From Auanema rhodensis (lineage: Eukaryota; Animalia; Nematoda): a stretch of DNA of 64,000 nt. The notes beneath the pieces were generated by a model, which ran no database searches, was not told where the DNA came from, and worked only from the letters and a program-made list of their open reading frames with translations. Every line of letters starts with the position of its first letter. Positions within the stretch are counted from its first letter, which is position 1. Below are positions 38,268-51,968 of this stretch, one piece after another. Location of the stretch: positions 8,618,001 through 8,682,000 of the forward strand of contig OZ059898.1 of the NCBI GenBank assembly GCA_964057225.1, given 5' to 3'. The translations under genes and the position numbers were made by a program.

Positions 38268-41200
38268 GATTCGTCTCATTGGCTCTGTCACAGAGTGAAG
38301 ATGACAACGCTCTACATTTCTCTAATGAGCAAAATGGAAGAGCTGTCTGGATTGTGGATGATACAAACTTACCATGGGCAGGAAGCTATGATTATATCAG
38401 GTTATTATAAGACATTGACTAGAAAATCTCGTGAAAATCAGTTTTTGAACTCTCATCCTCATAATCTAAACTAGAATCCAGAACAGTCATTTGTATTTTT
38501 TAATATAACAGGATAATACGTTGCTAATAATATTTCTGAAATGCTCATTTTCCTGAAAGTTCGTGGCCTTCGTACCTTTTTTCCCTGGGGTGGGGGTCCT
38601 TTCATACATCTTCTTTTACAAACACAGATGAGATACAAGAGCCGTTTAATAGCCCGGTCGGCTTCAAAATTTGAAGAGACTTGGAGATCACGTGTCATTT
38701 TTCTAGAATGGCTATGGCGATTGTTCCCCTATTAAGCACTGTATGAATGAAAATTCAAAAAACTGGCAGTGGATGAATGAAGAGAATTCAAAAAATTTGG
38801 CAACTCATTGAAAATTTTGAAGCCACGTTCTTTTCAGTTATTTCTTGTTGAGAATATCATATGCAAAACTTTAATGGAGTGCATAGCAAACTTTATAAAT
38901 TCGCTTATACGTATCACATTACTACGGGCGCGATATATCGTCTTTGTATTGACCGCTACCGAACGGTCAGATGTAATACTAAAGCTGAATTCAACTAGAT
39001 ATTTTATATATGTCCAGTTTATTCATATACATGGGCAGACATGAAAATTCTTTATTAGTCATACCTCATTGGCCATACAAAGACCGGTGTATTGTGGAAT
39101 TTGGAATCACAGTCAAAACTTTCTTGTCTGTTTTCTCCGTGTCCACTTGCTTGAATTTTCAAGGGTTGTATGGAGTTGAAGCGTTACTAAACTGGTCATC
39201 TCCTCCTCTTAAGGAATGTGTATGTTTTTGCGATTTGTTAGTGATAGCTAAAATTAAAATTTTGTATCATGTTTCTTCGTTATCCTATAAGCTTTCATCT
39301 GTTTTGATGGCTAAGTATTTGAGCAAATGAGCTCGATGCTCTCGTTAGGTATGTAGGCACGCGACTTGCGGTGAGTCTCCTCTCAAACTGTCATTTCAAG
39401 TGTTGACATTACCGGCTAATCACGACCTAAGAGGGAATTGCTCCGTTGTGTAGTTAGAAGAGAATTAAATTGCTCGCGTTCATTTTCGTCTTGTTCTCTC
39501 AATTCCTTTTTCCTCACTGTCAAATTGTCTGTCAGTGAGTTTGATTAGGCTCATAAGAAATAGAAATATAGACCTTCGAAGGAAAGTATACATCCAGCGT
39601 GGACTTAGTTCTATGGACACGCACTAATTCGAATAATAGCTATTGAAAATTGCATAAAAGGTCATAAATGAACAAATGGTTTTGATTTTTAGTGCAATAT
39701 CTTTTTCTGCAATGTAATGGATTTATGTTGAGTCATCGCACGAAGTGACGATAAATTAGTATAAGTTATATAGAAGACCATGTCCTTATCATCTTCACAG
39801 TCTAATGTGCTCATTATATAAGAAGGCTCTAAACGATGCGAGAAGTGTTTGCTTGCTCAAGCCAGCTTCATCGGGTTAGCTTCACTGATGTTAGCTTCTG
39901 TCACTTCCTTTCTTATGAACTGACCAAACTGAAGTTACCATCTTACATAGTCTATTATGAAGTTTTGAAGGGTAATAGGGTTTTAAGTTTCCTTGGCTCG
40001 AATAAAGAAGGACTAGACAAAAGTAACACAATAGTTTATTTGTTTGGAATAGTTAACGGTTGTAAAGAGTAAAACAATTTAATGGGATTTTTAAATAATA
40101 TAAATTCTTCAATGAATTTTCAATCATATATATAATAAATACATTAAAGAATTTATATAATTAAGTAAAAATACATATGTAATATATATACACAAAAGGT
40201 TTGAAATAGAAAATGTGTGCCTGGTTGGTTAAAATTAAAAAAAAATAGGAAAAAAAAAACATTTTTTTTATTTTTCAGCACGGTGAAAGCTATGCCCAAT
40301 ACTGTTCTCATGACTATAGTGGATAGTTCTACAGGAAATATTCTAGGAGAATGTAAAACAGATCAACATGGTATTTTAAAATAACATATTTAAAAAAAAC
40401 ATATGTTTTTAATAGGAAAATGGACAAGATTCCAATGGGTTCTTGAAGCTAATAGTTTACATTGTATTGTTTCACCAACCAATGCAACACGTGTTCCTTT
40501 CCCAGATTCACAAGTTCCAAGAACTTTTTCGGTTCGAATTCAAGCTGGTATGGGAATAATAATAACGAAAATTAAATGTGAATTATTATATTGTATTTCA
40601 GTTATCGGACCAGCATGCGTGAAAGATTTGATTGTTCAAAATGAAAGACCTTTGGGATGTCCTCCACGCTTATCCCGTAATTCATTTTCTTCTTTACATC
40701 TTCAATGTGGATGTCCATATGATACCACAAGTGAGGAATCTACTGGTAACTAATTAAAGCATTGAACGATATTCAAATTGTGTATTCAGATTCTTCTAGC
40801 CCTCAGTTTCCCATTTTTGACTTGAATTTATCTCCTTCACCAGCACAAGTCACAACAGAGTTCTCCCTAGGACCTTGCGCCAATTATAATTGCCAGAACA
40901 ATGGCACCTGTGTAGTTACTCAAGATGGATTGGTAAGTTTATACGAGATAATTTAGTTTTATTTAATGAATCTTTCGTAATGTGCGAAATGGACATTCAA
41001 GTTTTGAAGTTTTTTGTCACAGTTTGATAGGCGGAATGCTACTGACGAATAAGACGTAAAACAGCAGCTTGACTTTTGCTTTTGACAGTTTTGCTTCACT
41101 ACTTTCATTATTTCCCTTTTGGTTTTTTTCATTAAATTTGACCATAGATCATCAGCTGATCTTCCCTTTCTCTGTGTTGAAGCTAATGTGATCCCGCACA

Positions 41201-43671
41201 GGAAATCACATTCTTTTCATATTTGTTCTCATAAACAATGACGTGAAAAATAATAATCTCTAGGCTAGTTGTAAACTTAAAGAGAACCGTCGAGAGTATA
41301 TAGCTGTGAAAAAACCCCAACTCCTCAAACAAATTACTACGCACCAACTATAAAAGACTTTATTGCTGTCACAACAGTCACCTGACTACCGACTGTACGG
41401 AAGCGTAGTTGAGGGTGTGTTCTATGCAGTGAAGATTACTTATACATGATCAGTTAGATGATAGGTGACCTTGCATAGGGACAGGGCGTTCAAGAGATTG
41501 TAATTCCAGATGTATTAGTGATTTTTTTTGTGAGATTGAAGGGGCGCTTGATATTATGTTTATGTGTTAACATACCAATGCTATTGTTTTTTTTTCAGCC
41601 AACATGCTTATGTCCAAGTGGATTCATTGGGTCAATGTGCGAAGTCGATTTATGTAGAGACGTTCCATGTCAATATGGGGGCGTATGTAAGACTAATGGT
41701 GCTGAAGCCTTCTGCGAATGTACTTCTGGATTCACTGGAGTACTGTGTGAAACAGTAAGTGTTTTTATAAAGCTATTCTGATTCCTAACTGGCTTCAATT
41801 GTTTTAGCCTGTTTGTGAATCTAAATGTTCAAATGGAGAATGTGTAGTTGATGAAGGGGTTCCCAAATGTGAGTGTCGTCAAGGCTTTATGGGAATAAAT
41901 TGCAATGTCATCGATGTTTGCTTAGGGTACGTATCTTAACTTTGGAATCCGAATTTTAAAATAAATTTATAGAGATGCTGCTTGTGCCATGTTTGGTGAC
42001 AATGCTAAATGTGTTGTGGACGCCTCCAGTTACAAAATTAATACTCCATTCCTTATTAATGCTACTTATGATTGTCGATGTCCTCATCCAGTAAATGGAG
42101 GTAGTTTTAGAAAATACTAAATAATTTATATTATTTTGCTTCAGAGTTTGTGGACTGTCTCCAGTTGCACTTGGCTACAATTTCTGGATCAGCTACAGTT
42201 CAACCTGCTCCCTCTCCAGCATTCCCAGTTATCGATATGCAAAGTCTACCTGGTTTCTTACCTACTCAGACTACAACTAAAAAACGCATATTAGTTGAAG
42301 AATGTAAGCATTACATTTATTTTGTCATAAAATATTCCTATATTCTTAAGCTACTACCGCACTTCCTACTCTTGTACCCGATGTTGAAATTCCACCAACG
42401 TTCTCGGTACAGCAACCTTTCCCGGAGTCATCATTCCAACCCGAAACTGTTACTTTGCCTACACAAGAGGTTTGTCCCAAACCATTTGGAAATAATATTT
42501 TTTTTATTTGCAGAGCACAAAGCAAAGTAGTCTCACTCCATTCAGCCCAACAATATCCAGCAATGTACATCCTTCAACCTTTATTTTCCCACAGTTTCCT
42601 CAGAGCACTCCATCTCCTATTGTCGTTGATCATCAGCCAACACATGCTATTTTGCCAACTGGTCCGGCTCCACAGCCAACTTTAGAAACTATTAAACCGG
42701 ACATTGGCTTCCCAACCCCTGCTCCTATGCCAGAACAAGAAACGGTTGAAACAGTATCTACTGAAGCCGATAATAATGGATTCGGAAGCTTCCGTGTACA
42801 TCCAACTACGATTACTTCATTCAAACCAGAAATTGTTAGTATCAGTTTCATTTTTGAAAATTTATTTTACTCTTTAAGATTGTTACTAACACTCCTGTTC
42901 CTGAAACAACTACAGAGGACGAAGAAGAGACAACAGTTGTTGAATACGAGGATGAATCTACCTCGTCTGAGTTCGCTACCATGGAGACTACAGTAAATAC
43001 TGTTTCATCCACGGAAGCAACAACGGAAGAACCCCACATCGAAGAAGAAATAGTTGAAGTGACAAGTGAAGAAACAACTGCAATGCCTACAATACCACCT
43101 TGGTTATTAACATCTTCTACTACTAAAGGAATGCCATTTGTGCCACAAGTTGTTACTGAACATGTTACACAGCCAACTGTATGTTTTAAAAAGTTATGAT
43201 TTGTTGTTACTATTTCGTATTAGGATCATGTTGTTCACCCTGAACTCAGTGAAGAAAGCAATACTTCTGTGGAAAACACTTCAAATGAAAATCGCGAAGT
43301 CTGAATTCAATTTCATATTTCTCTTTTATATTTGGGATTTTTCCAGATTGACATTGTTACTGACTCTCCAGTTTCTCCTGACGTTCATCAACAGGAATCT
43401 GGAGGTTCTGAACGACAAAAGAGCTCGGCTGCCAGTTGGATTGTTGCTATTGTTGCTTTAATTGGTAAGTAAATCAAAAGCTTCTATTATTTACTAATTA
43501 ATTTTAGTTCTTGGTCTACTTTTATTGGCTGCCAGCTTATTCGTTCTACGATATATCAAGCAATCGCGAAAACTTCACGGGAAATATAACCCAGCTAGAG
43601 AAGAGCATGCACTATCATCAGCTTACAGCATGCCAATGTCGCATATAACTAAAGAGGAACGATTGATCTAA
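38268..43671 (+). CDS. eat-20: Crumbs-like type I membrane protein EAT-20 (3-4 EGF-like repeats, Pro/Thr-rich stalk, one TM helix). First coding exon not located; it lies upstream of 38268
   Basis: N-terminal QSEDDNALHFSN..AVWIVDDTNLPW..GCPPRLSRNSF, EGF repeats at about 40870-42100, TM WIVAIVALIVLGLLLLAASLFVL. Tail RKLHGKYNPAREE..KEERLI* carries the Crumbs GxYxP FERM-binding and ERLI PDZ-binding motifs. Confidence 0.93.
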
Positions 43672-44441
43672 GCTATTGACATCATTCTTTGTTTTAGTTT
43701 GGTATTATCTCATTGCCCGATTTTTAAATTTTTTTTTGGGGAATTTCAGCATGATGTGTAATCGTTTAATCCAAATGTTCTCTCACGGGTTTTCTACGCG
43801 TTTCAAAGTTTTATGCGTCTGTATAATAATGAGATGCTTGTCTCTTAATCTTTCCTTTTTTTTCCATACTCTATTGACTATAGTCTTATTATTTAAGAGA
43901 CCTGTTTTCTAATTCATTAACAGTCATTAGAAATTGGTCTTGGAACTCGGTGATCATCGAGATTTTATATCTTTCATATATACTATATTGACAAATTTAT
44001 ATTCTGAGAATCTTATCCATTTTCGCATTTGCTCTTTCACAATGTTCGTGCCTTTTCTTTGAAGACGACTATATTGCATCGCCATTGAAATGGTGTTTTT
44101 AAGTTCCAAAAATTGATTAATGCTCATCTAGCAACTAACTCTTTTAATAAGTTCTTTAAAAAAACAGGGTGACCAATATGTTACAGAGAAATAGATTGGT
44201 CAGCTTTATTTGACATGGTTGAGCTTAAAATATCTAGATTATTGTTAATGTTCTTATGCGAAACGAATAAACGTTTTAAAACTATTTCTTATAAATGAAT
44301 TTATAAAATAAAAAATTCAAATATTTTTTTATTCTCAAGCTTCACACAATATTACGTGTTTTTCAATGATAAGTGAGATTACAATTTAATTGTATTTTTC
44401 ACATATTAGCTATATACATGAGGAAACAAGCCTGCCATCGG

Positions 44442-44641
44442 TGATGTCACTGTTATGACGTCATTTTCTGCCTTTATAGTGGTTTTGTTGAAGCCTGACA
44501 TGGAATAGAGGGTTTTGCTTATAACCAAAGTCGTAGATAGCCTGGAGTGTATCGATCTGCGACATAAAAAGCATCTGTTCTGTGTTCCTCATCCGCTTTA
44601 GGCTCTTCGGTGATGACACGATCACAATTTTGATGACGTCA
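44442..44641. promoter_or_regulatory. Enhancer-like patch with two full CRE palindromes (44456-44463, 44634-44641) and a TGATGTCA variant (44442)
   Basis: TGACGTCA read directly, in a locally GC-richer patch just past the eat-20 AATAAA (about 44266). Confidence 0.5.
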
Positions 44642-46241
44642 CAAGGAAATCTGTTAACATTCAGGATTAACATCTTGAATTCTTAGTGACTTTATTCATC
44701 TCATTCATCAATTAGATAGATTCAAGGTTTATGTTAATCAATCTAGAATGCCATCATGTTTTTTTGAATTATTTTTCTCGAAACAACGAAAATCTTAGTA
44801 AGACATTGGATCATAATGATATACAAAATTTTTTTGAGTTTAAAAAAAGTTTTTTGGTAGCATTCTAATTTTATTTTCAAATTTACTCAAGCTATAAGTA
44901 CAATGTATTATATAATATCATCATGCTTCAATTATAAGAATATTTTTTTCTAAATAAATATTTTAAAAAACGAATATCAATATCTTTCATCAAGTGATGT
45001 CTAATTTTTTTGATTTTATCAATCTTTTATCAGTATTTCATCTTATATCTTTCATCTTTGCTTTTTAACATTCTATTTCTGTCAAATGGTGATAATACAG
45101 ATCAAAAAGAAAATTTTGAAATTAAAAACACAATTAACTACGTTATTCACTGCTACAAACAGGAAAAAATTTTTATGAATCAAAATAACAGACGAACTTC
45201 TAGAAGACAGTTCAAACTATCTTCATTAGTATATAACGTCATAGCTTTTCTGAAATTGTCATTTTCTTTTTGATAGGAAACGTAAACGTTTGTATTATTC
45301 GAGAACATTTTAATATAAAAAAATATTAAAATTACTATTAATTTTTAATTTTTAATTATATTTAAGATAATATTTTGATTTTTATATTATATTGTTATAT
45401 TATGTTTATTGTAAAAACAGTTTATTTTGTGGTTCTCACACGCATTTCATGTTTCAAGTTCATAAAGTTTCTTAAAACATTTTTTTGTAATACGCTTTTG
45501 TTTTTTTTTCTTTTGTTGTGTTTTATCATTTTTTAAATATTAATTTAAAAAATAATGTTTAGAAAACGAATGATAGGAACATCATGGAGTTGACAGTTTC
45601 ATCTTTTACGAATCAACTGTTCAGCTTTGTGTTCAGGTCAGTTAAATTCAGTTAAAAACATATATATATATATATATGAATTTAATTTATTTTCGAATGT
45701 AGGAATAGCATAATTTAATTTTCGAAGATTTTTATATATTTATGTCGTTTACTTTGGAAAATTTGTTCGTTTGAAAAGAATAAGTTTAACTGACTATAAG
45801 AGTTTGGTTCGATGGTCAAACTTCACAAGTCAATGCATAAATCAACAATCATATGCTGTAAAAGTTATTAGAAATGACGCAATAGCTTGAGCTTTTGTGT
45901 GAGAACGTAATGTATTGTATTGATTTGAATGGGCTGCACTACGACGAATTTTACTCAAAACTGATTGGCTTTCCGATTAATGGACCGTTAAGAAAGTGAT
46001 CAGAGATTATGAGAAGCGAACAAATCATGAAAATGATCCATACTTTTGGGATATTTCGTTCGTGTCTGACAAAAGGATTGTAAAAGTTGTATTATAGTTC
46101 TTACCCCTTTCGTCATCAATATTTGCTCTCTTCTATCATCCTTTTTTCCATTGACGCAGACGTAGCATCTTTGACGACGTTGACGACAACGACCGACAAA
46201 CTTTGTCGGCCATACTGAAAACACAACTGCACAGCTTCGTC

Positions 46242-46280
46242 GTCTTCTTCTTCTTCTTCTTCTTCTTCTTCTTCTTCTTC
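46242..46280. repeat. (CTT)n microsatellite
   Basis: Direct inspection; it explains the poly-E in ORF 46116-46433. Confidence 0.95.
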
Positions 46281-47404
46281 ATTTTCTGATATCGTCAAGC
46301 AGTTGATGACGATGATGACTAGTGTCATCGGACTCGACGTCATCAGCATGGAAGCCTTTCTTCCTTCATAGAAAGGAAACGATCTAACAGCGGTGATCGA
46401 ACTGTTTTTTGATTTGATTCGTTCTCTTACCATGTATCATGGCTTCTTTCTTGATCTTCTGCTCTCTTCATCTCTATATGTTTCTCTAGTTTCATGCTAG
46501 TTCCCTAATTTTCGATTTATCCCCACTTCACCTCTTTATTGCTCTTTTTCTCTGCAATTAATGCTTTCTAGTCATCTCCGTTGTCTTTGTCATCTCGCAA
46601 ACTTTGAAAATTGTGTGAATATAGCCTGAGTTGTCATTTGGGAACCATTAAATATGTCTGAGAATATGAAACTTTTAATATTTTTTTTCATCATCATTAT
46701 CTATATATTTTTTTCAATACCTAACAAATTAATCACATTCTTATATAGATTTCTTACAACATGCTATTCTAATGTTGTCAATTTCTTCGATCAAATATTT
46801 TTATTTTGAAAGTTTAAACTTGTTGTTAGCACGTGAATGTTTTTTCATCATTTGTATCAAATATTTTATTTCTTAAAGTGTACGACCTTAGCTATTATGA
46901 AAATTGTCAAAGCATATATACTATATTGAGCTAGTTACAGTAATATTTATATATTCTTCTAATGATTTTAAAGAATTAATGCAAGAAAGACTTCAATTTC
47001 CTTTCTCTACAAGGAAATTATTCTGAAATCAGGGATAGAATTGATAGAACTCTATACGGTACTTCTTCCTTGATTTACAGCAATTTTTTGTACTATCGTT
47101 TTATTTCTTATAAATGTTAAGTGACATCCACATGGTGTCAGTATCGTTTTTTTTTTGTCACATCAGAATTTTCCTTTAAACTGACATCGTTGACGGTGGG
47201 TGGAGGATGGTAGGGTGTGGATGATGGAAGAGGATGATTTCTCATTTCTGTCATTCGTTTTCTTTCAGCATGTACACTTTAAAGACTTCATTAGTCAAAA
47301 TAAAGCCATTCTGATAATGTTTTGTGTGAGTGATTATTAAGTATTTGAGCGAAAAGCTTGAAATATGATTTCAACTACTATATCTATCAATTTATCTATT
47401 TATA

Positions 47405-47435
<31 letters not shown>
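47405..47435. repeat. (TA)n microsatellite
   Basis: Direct inspection. Confidence 0.9.
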
Positions 47436-47437
<2 letters not shown>

Positions 47438-50400
47438 AACTATTATTATTATTATTATACTATTATTGATAGTATAAAATTATTTGATATTACATTAACT
47501 CATCATGCTAATAAGTGGTCCCACTGTTATTATTATCGCTTATTTGCAAAATTCAGGATGTTCAGTTTACTTTGGGAATAATTTGAATCATTTCATTATT
47601 CATCAAAACAAATGTTAATTTGTTAAAACTTCAACCTGTTTTCAAAAAGATTCCCCAGATTCATTTAGATGGGACAAACTAAAAAAAGTTTTATGAGTCT
47701 GCAAACAATAAGTCCGTGGTGCTATTAAAATTTCTGTTATTTTGGTTGATGATGGTATAATCAAATAAAATAAGTTGAAATTCAACAAAAAGTTCAAATA
47801 TAATTTTTAATTTTCTTTTATCATCTTTAATTTTCTAGCACCTGATGATTCTATTATTCTGAAACATAAGAGTCTCTTAACATCAAAAGTTTTAATGAGG
47901 TTTTTAAGATCAAAACTTGATTTATCTGATTATCCTTAAATGTACATGATGTATACTATTATTTATTATTATCTTATTTAATTTATAAAAATTTCAAAAG
48001 AAATAAACCTCATTTCATTTATTTATATCTATTTTTTCTATTTTATTTGTATGAAAAACTAAGGAAGTTATTTTTGATTTCTATCTTCAAAAATTGTTCT
48101 TTACTCCATTTATATCGAAAAAAAAGTATTTTACATGAACACATAGTGTATGTACATGTTGATAAAGTTGTTGATACATTTTATAAGAGGAAGAGTGTAC
48201 AGATAAAACGAGAAAATGTATTTGAAGTTTTTGAGAATAAAAAATTCAATTTCAACCCATTAACATGTGTAACTATAATCAACAAAAACGTGTAAGATAT
48301 GAAAACGATTGCAAATATGAGTAGAAGAATTCCGAAAATGAAAATTTGTGATTAAGAATGATTTTGCTGCTGATAAACTAATGCAAAGGTTATCACTAGA
48401 GAAATGGAAACAAAGCGAGATACCGTAGAGGACAAAGACAACGAAAGAGAAGATGTAGAGGTATAGAAGAGACATTGTAGTGATCAACTGTTCTTTGTAG
48501 TATTGAAAGTGAAAAAATGAAAAATTTGCTTTTACCATCTGTAAAGTGACATTTCACGTAAATGGTATTCCCCCGTTACTTGGTCGATCGCATTTTCGTA
48601 AAATTTTCTGTTCATTGGCAATATTCATAAAGAGAAATTCAAATATTTTATTTTGAAATAACGAAAAAAATGAGAAGCCTAAGAGCATTGTGTATGTATA
48701 TTACAAGGAAATTAAAATGAGGACATCCTTGTCCGAAATTATCATTTTGTAAACAAAATCAAAATTGAATTTTTGAAAGTTAATAACGAAGAAAGAGAAT
48801 AATGATAAAGTATATTGACAGATCAGGTGATGACAGTAAGATGAGATGACGATTAGTTAAAATCTAATTGTTTTTACAAATTATCGAAGAAGCTTCTTAG
48901 TTTTCCTCACTTTTATGTTTCTCTTTCTCTCTCCCTCTTTGTATTCTCTTGCTTTCAATGTCTTTTCTACTCTCTCTCTCTCTTTTTATATATATCTCTC
49001 TCTATCATTCATTCTCTCACGATTTCTCTCTATTGACTTGGCTTACTTTTCAATTTTCTTCAGTCAAGTTTACTGGAGCACATATCAATAGAAACAATAA
49101 AAAGAAATTTTAGCTGAAATATCGAACAAACAGCCATTTTGTGGAAACATTTTTGAAGTCAACAAGCAATGGTAGGAATAATAAGGATGAGTTTAACATA
49201 TTTTCATCCATTAATACCAATAACTCTAACATATTACAAAGATTTCTTATCGGACTAAACGATATAACGTTCATATGTTTACGATTGAAAAGAAAGAAAT
49301 TGGTTCAATCTCATAGAATATTACGGCAAATAAGATATATGTATTTGATATAATTCTTTTGAATTTTCTATTTTCAAAATCAAAATTGTTATTACAGTCA
49401 TCTGATTGCTAAAGCTTTCATCTTCCTATCTTTATAGTTTCCATATTTAACCATAAATAGTTTACATTGTCGTTAAATGAGTTATATTGAAAATCAGATC
49501 ATCTTAGCAAACATAAGCCATTTAGGATGGTAGAGTTTTGAATTTTCTATTGATCATGGTGGTATTTTTTCTATTTTTCCACCCTCCAGTCATTGTTGAA
49601 CTTCTTAGTCAATTCCCACAAGTACTTTTTACATCCTCTCCATTTCCCTTTTCTATCATCTCTCCCTTTTTCACAACATGCTCAATCTTCCTCTTCCTTC
49701 TCCGCGACACCTGGTTTGATTGTTTTCCGAAGAATCAGTGCTGGTTCTTTCCATTTGTGGGAAGCTCTAATCGGAAATAGAAGCGGAGGAATCTAAACTT
49801 CAAGAACATTCGTTTCCTCCAAAAGACCAGTCACGAAGAATAGGTGCTGAGACCGGCTGAGCTATTATCTGTCCTGCTTCAACCGCAAGAATCAGTATCT
49901 CCGCAAGAGGGCTATAGGAAATCCTTCTGTACACACCTTCCCTTTATTTACGGAATTTTTTTCTAAAATTAAACTTGTCTGTTTTTTTCCATATCAAATT
50001 CCTTCTTCATGTTGGCTACACATTGTCCCTGTCTGACTAATTTTTATTTCACCTTCAAGGCCGAGATTTTCCCTTGTAATCTTCACCTTCTTACCGATTC
50101 CTTTGTAATAATTTACTTAATGTTTTTTTTGTTTTTTTTTGTTGGTTGAATAGTAAAACATTGTACTTACTATATAGATAGATTGTTCATTTTCTTCGCT
50201 CTCATCGTATTCTTATCGATGTTTCTTCTTTAAGAATCTTAGAAAGCTGTTGTTTATAATAATTGCAACCACCTCATAGACACAATTCGACCAGTTCTTT
50301 GTCTTTTCTTCTTTGACTTTTCAACGTTCTTTTCCTTTTTGCATTTCCTTCTTCATTTTTCGCCACATGTTGTACGAAACATATTATAAAATACAATGAT

Positions 50401-51689
50401 ATTAATCCCTTTGCATCATTTTCTAGGGCATATCGTTCAATTTTTATCATCATCTCAGTTTTGTCTAATTATACTAAAAAAACTGTAATTTTCTCCTTTC
50501 TTCTACTCTCCTCCTTTCTCTTCCTTTCCCTGTCTTCTCTTCTCTCTTTCACATACATATATATTATTTTTTTTGTTTTATATTGAAATCTTACTTGTTA
50601 TCAAAAAAAATTATAAAAAATCTTTGAAGAATGTATTGGAAGTTCATGTGTTCAGATAATCATCATTCTTTCCAAAAACAAGAATTTCGAATTAAAGAAA
50701 CAACTGTATTTTCAAATTAAATTTTTTTTTCATTTCCTGTAGATTGTTATGCTTGTTTATTATATTGTATAATTTATATTGATAGATATAATTTTTTCTT
50801 GCCCAAATGATGGTCAATCTAATATTTACAGCTAAATACGAAAAAAAAGAAAAAAAAGAATTAATGCTCTGAAAAAGGCTGGGGGGTCATGCTACATTGA
50901 AGTATGTTCCGCGTTTACGGCTTAAAGGCTGATGAGAGCTAGTTTTTATGCTCAAATCACATCATTTTAATGTTGATCACGAACCAATTATAGGACACAT
51001 CAATCTGCCGTTCTCCGCTAAGCGCTAAATTAAGCATTTACTTCAGAGATTACAGTAACAAGTTTCAATATCCTCATTCACATCAGAGATCATTGATAGA
51101 GATTGAAATGACGATTTCATATAGCCTCACAGATTTTTTTTTTCAATCACATTAATATTTATTTATTTGTTCATAAATTATATTAATTATTTTCTTTTTC
51201 AAATTTAAATATATTTCATATACTACAGTCTATTCTATATTGAAAAATTGTGGAGCTAGTGAAAAAAATTCGTCTTGAATCCATTGACATTCTCAAGCTG
51301 ATCAGGAGCACTGATATTCTTTTCTGAAACCTTGTATATACACGTCTCTATATCATGATCTCGTATCCTTCTCTCGTATCTCTTCTAATTTCTCTTATTT
51401 TTCGATCTTCTTTCATTCTTCACCCTTTACATCTCTCTTCCTCTCATTTATTCATTTTTTCTCTTTTGCCCTCTATCTCAACCCCTCTTCCTCTCATCAT
51501 CTTTCCTTCCCTGTATTTGATCGTATCTGTAAATCCGCGTTTTGCTCTCAAGTACAAAACTAGAAGATGATATCATAAGATAACTAGTTTGTACCATTCT
51601 GACAAGCGTGTTGGACCCACCTCCACTCATTCTACTATCCTTATAGCGCACTTTCGTCTTCATCGTCAGTAATCAGAACTTATTGCCCA

Positions 51690-51841
51690 CAGTGCTCCTC
51701 GATATACGACGGAACAACATCTGACAGAGAAGAAGTTGATTTTAATTAGTTCTGCCTTATTACGTCTGATGTTGTAATCTGGAGTGCTGACAACCCGAAT
51801 TGCACCGTGATTATCGTAGTCAGCCTTACGGTCAATCTGGG
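51690..51841 (+). ncRNA. Candidate structured RNA element with two adjacent hairpins (51690-51789 and 51794-51841)
   Basis: CAGTGCTCC pairs with GGAGTGCTG, ACAACATCTGAC with GTCTGATGTTGT (11/12), and CCCGAATTGCACCGTGA with TTACGGTCAATCTGGG. G-U pairs favour the + strand. No family recognised. Confidence 0.4.
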
Positions 51842-51910
51842 AACCAGTGTGTTTTCTCACTTAATGCTCTTTTGCTTTACAACTCTCTTTTCAAAATAGG
51901 GAAGATAAAA

Positions 51911-51968
51911 ATGTCCAACCTTGAGGTTCCGTCACCTACACCACCTCATGGCGTAATTGATAGCAGTT
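51911..51968 (+). CDS. Candidate first coding exon MSNLEVPSPTPPHGVIDSS of an unidentified gene
   Basis: Acceptor ttttcaaaatag at 51899, A-rich start context AAAAATGTCC, donor T|gtaaga at 51968 (alternative GGC|gtaatt). No in-frame partner exon was firmly found in the window. Confidence 0.4.

Noticed and set aside
46116-46433. Poly-Glu ORF on the minus strand
   Set aside because: It is the (CTT)n microsatellite read in frame.
50929-50960. Hammerhead-like CTGATGA-GAGC..GCTC-AAA
   Set aside because: The essential G of GAAA is missing and no stems I or III with an NUH site could be built.
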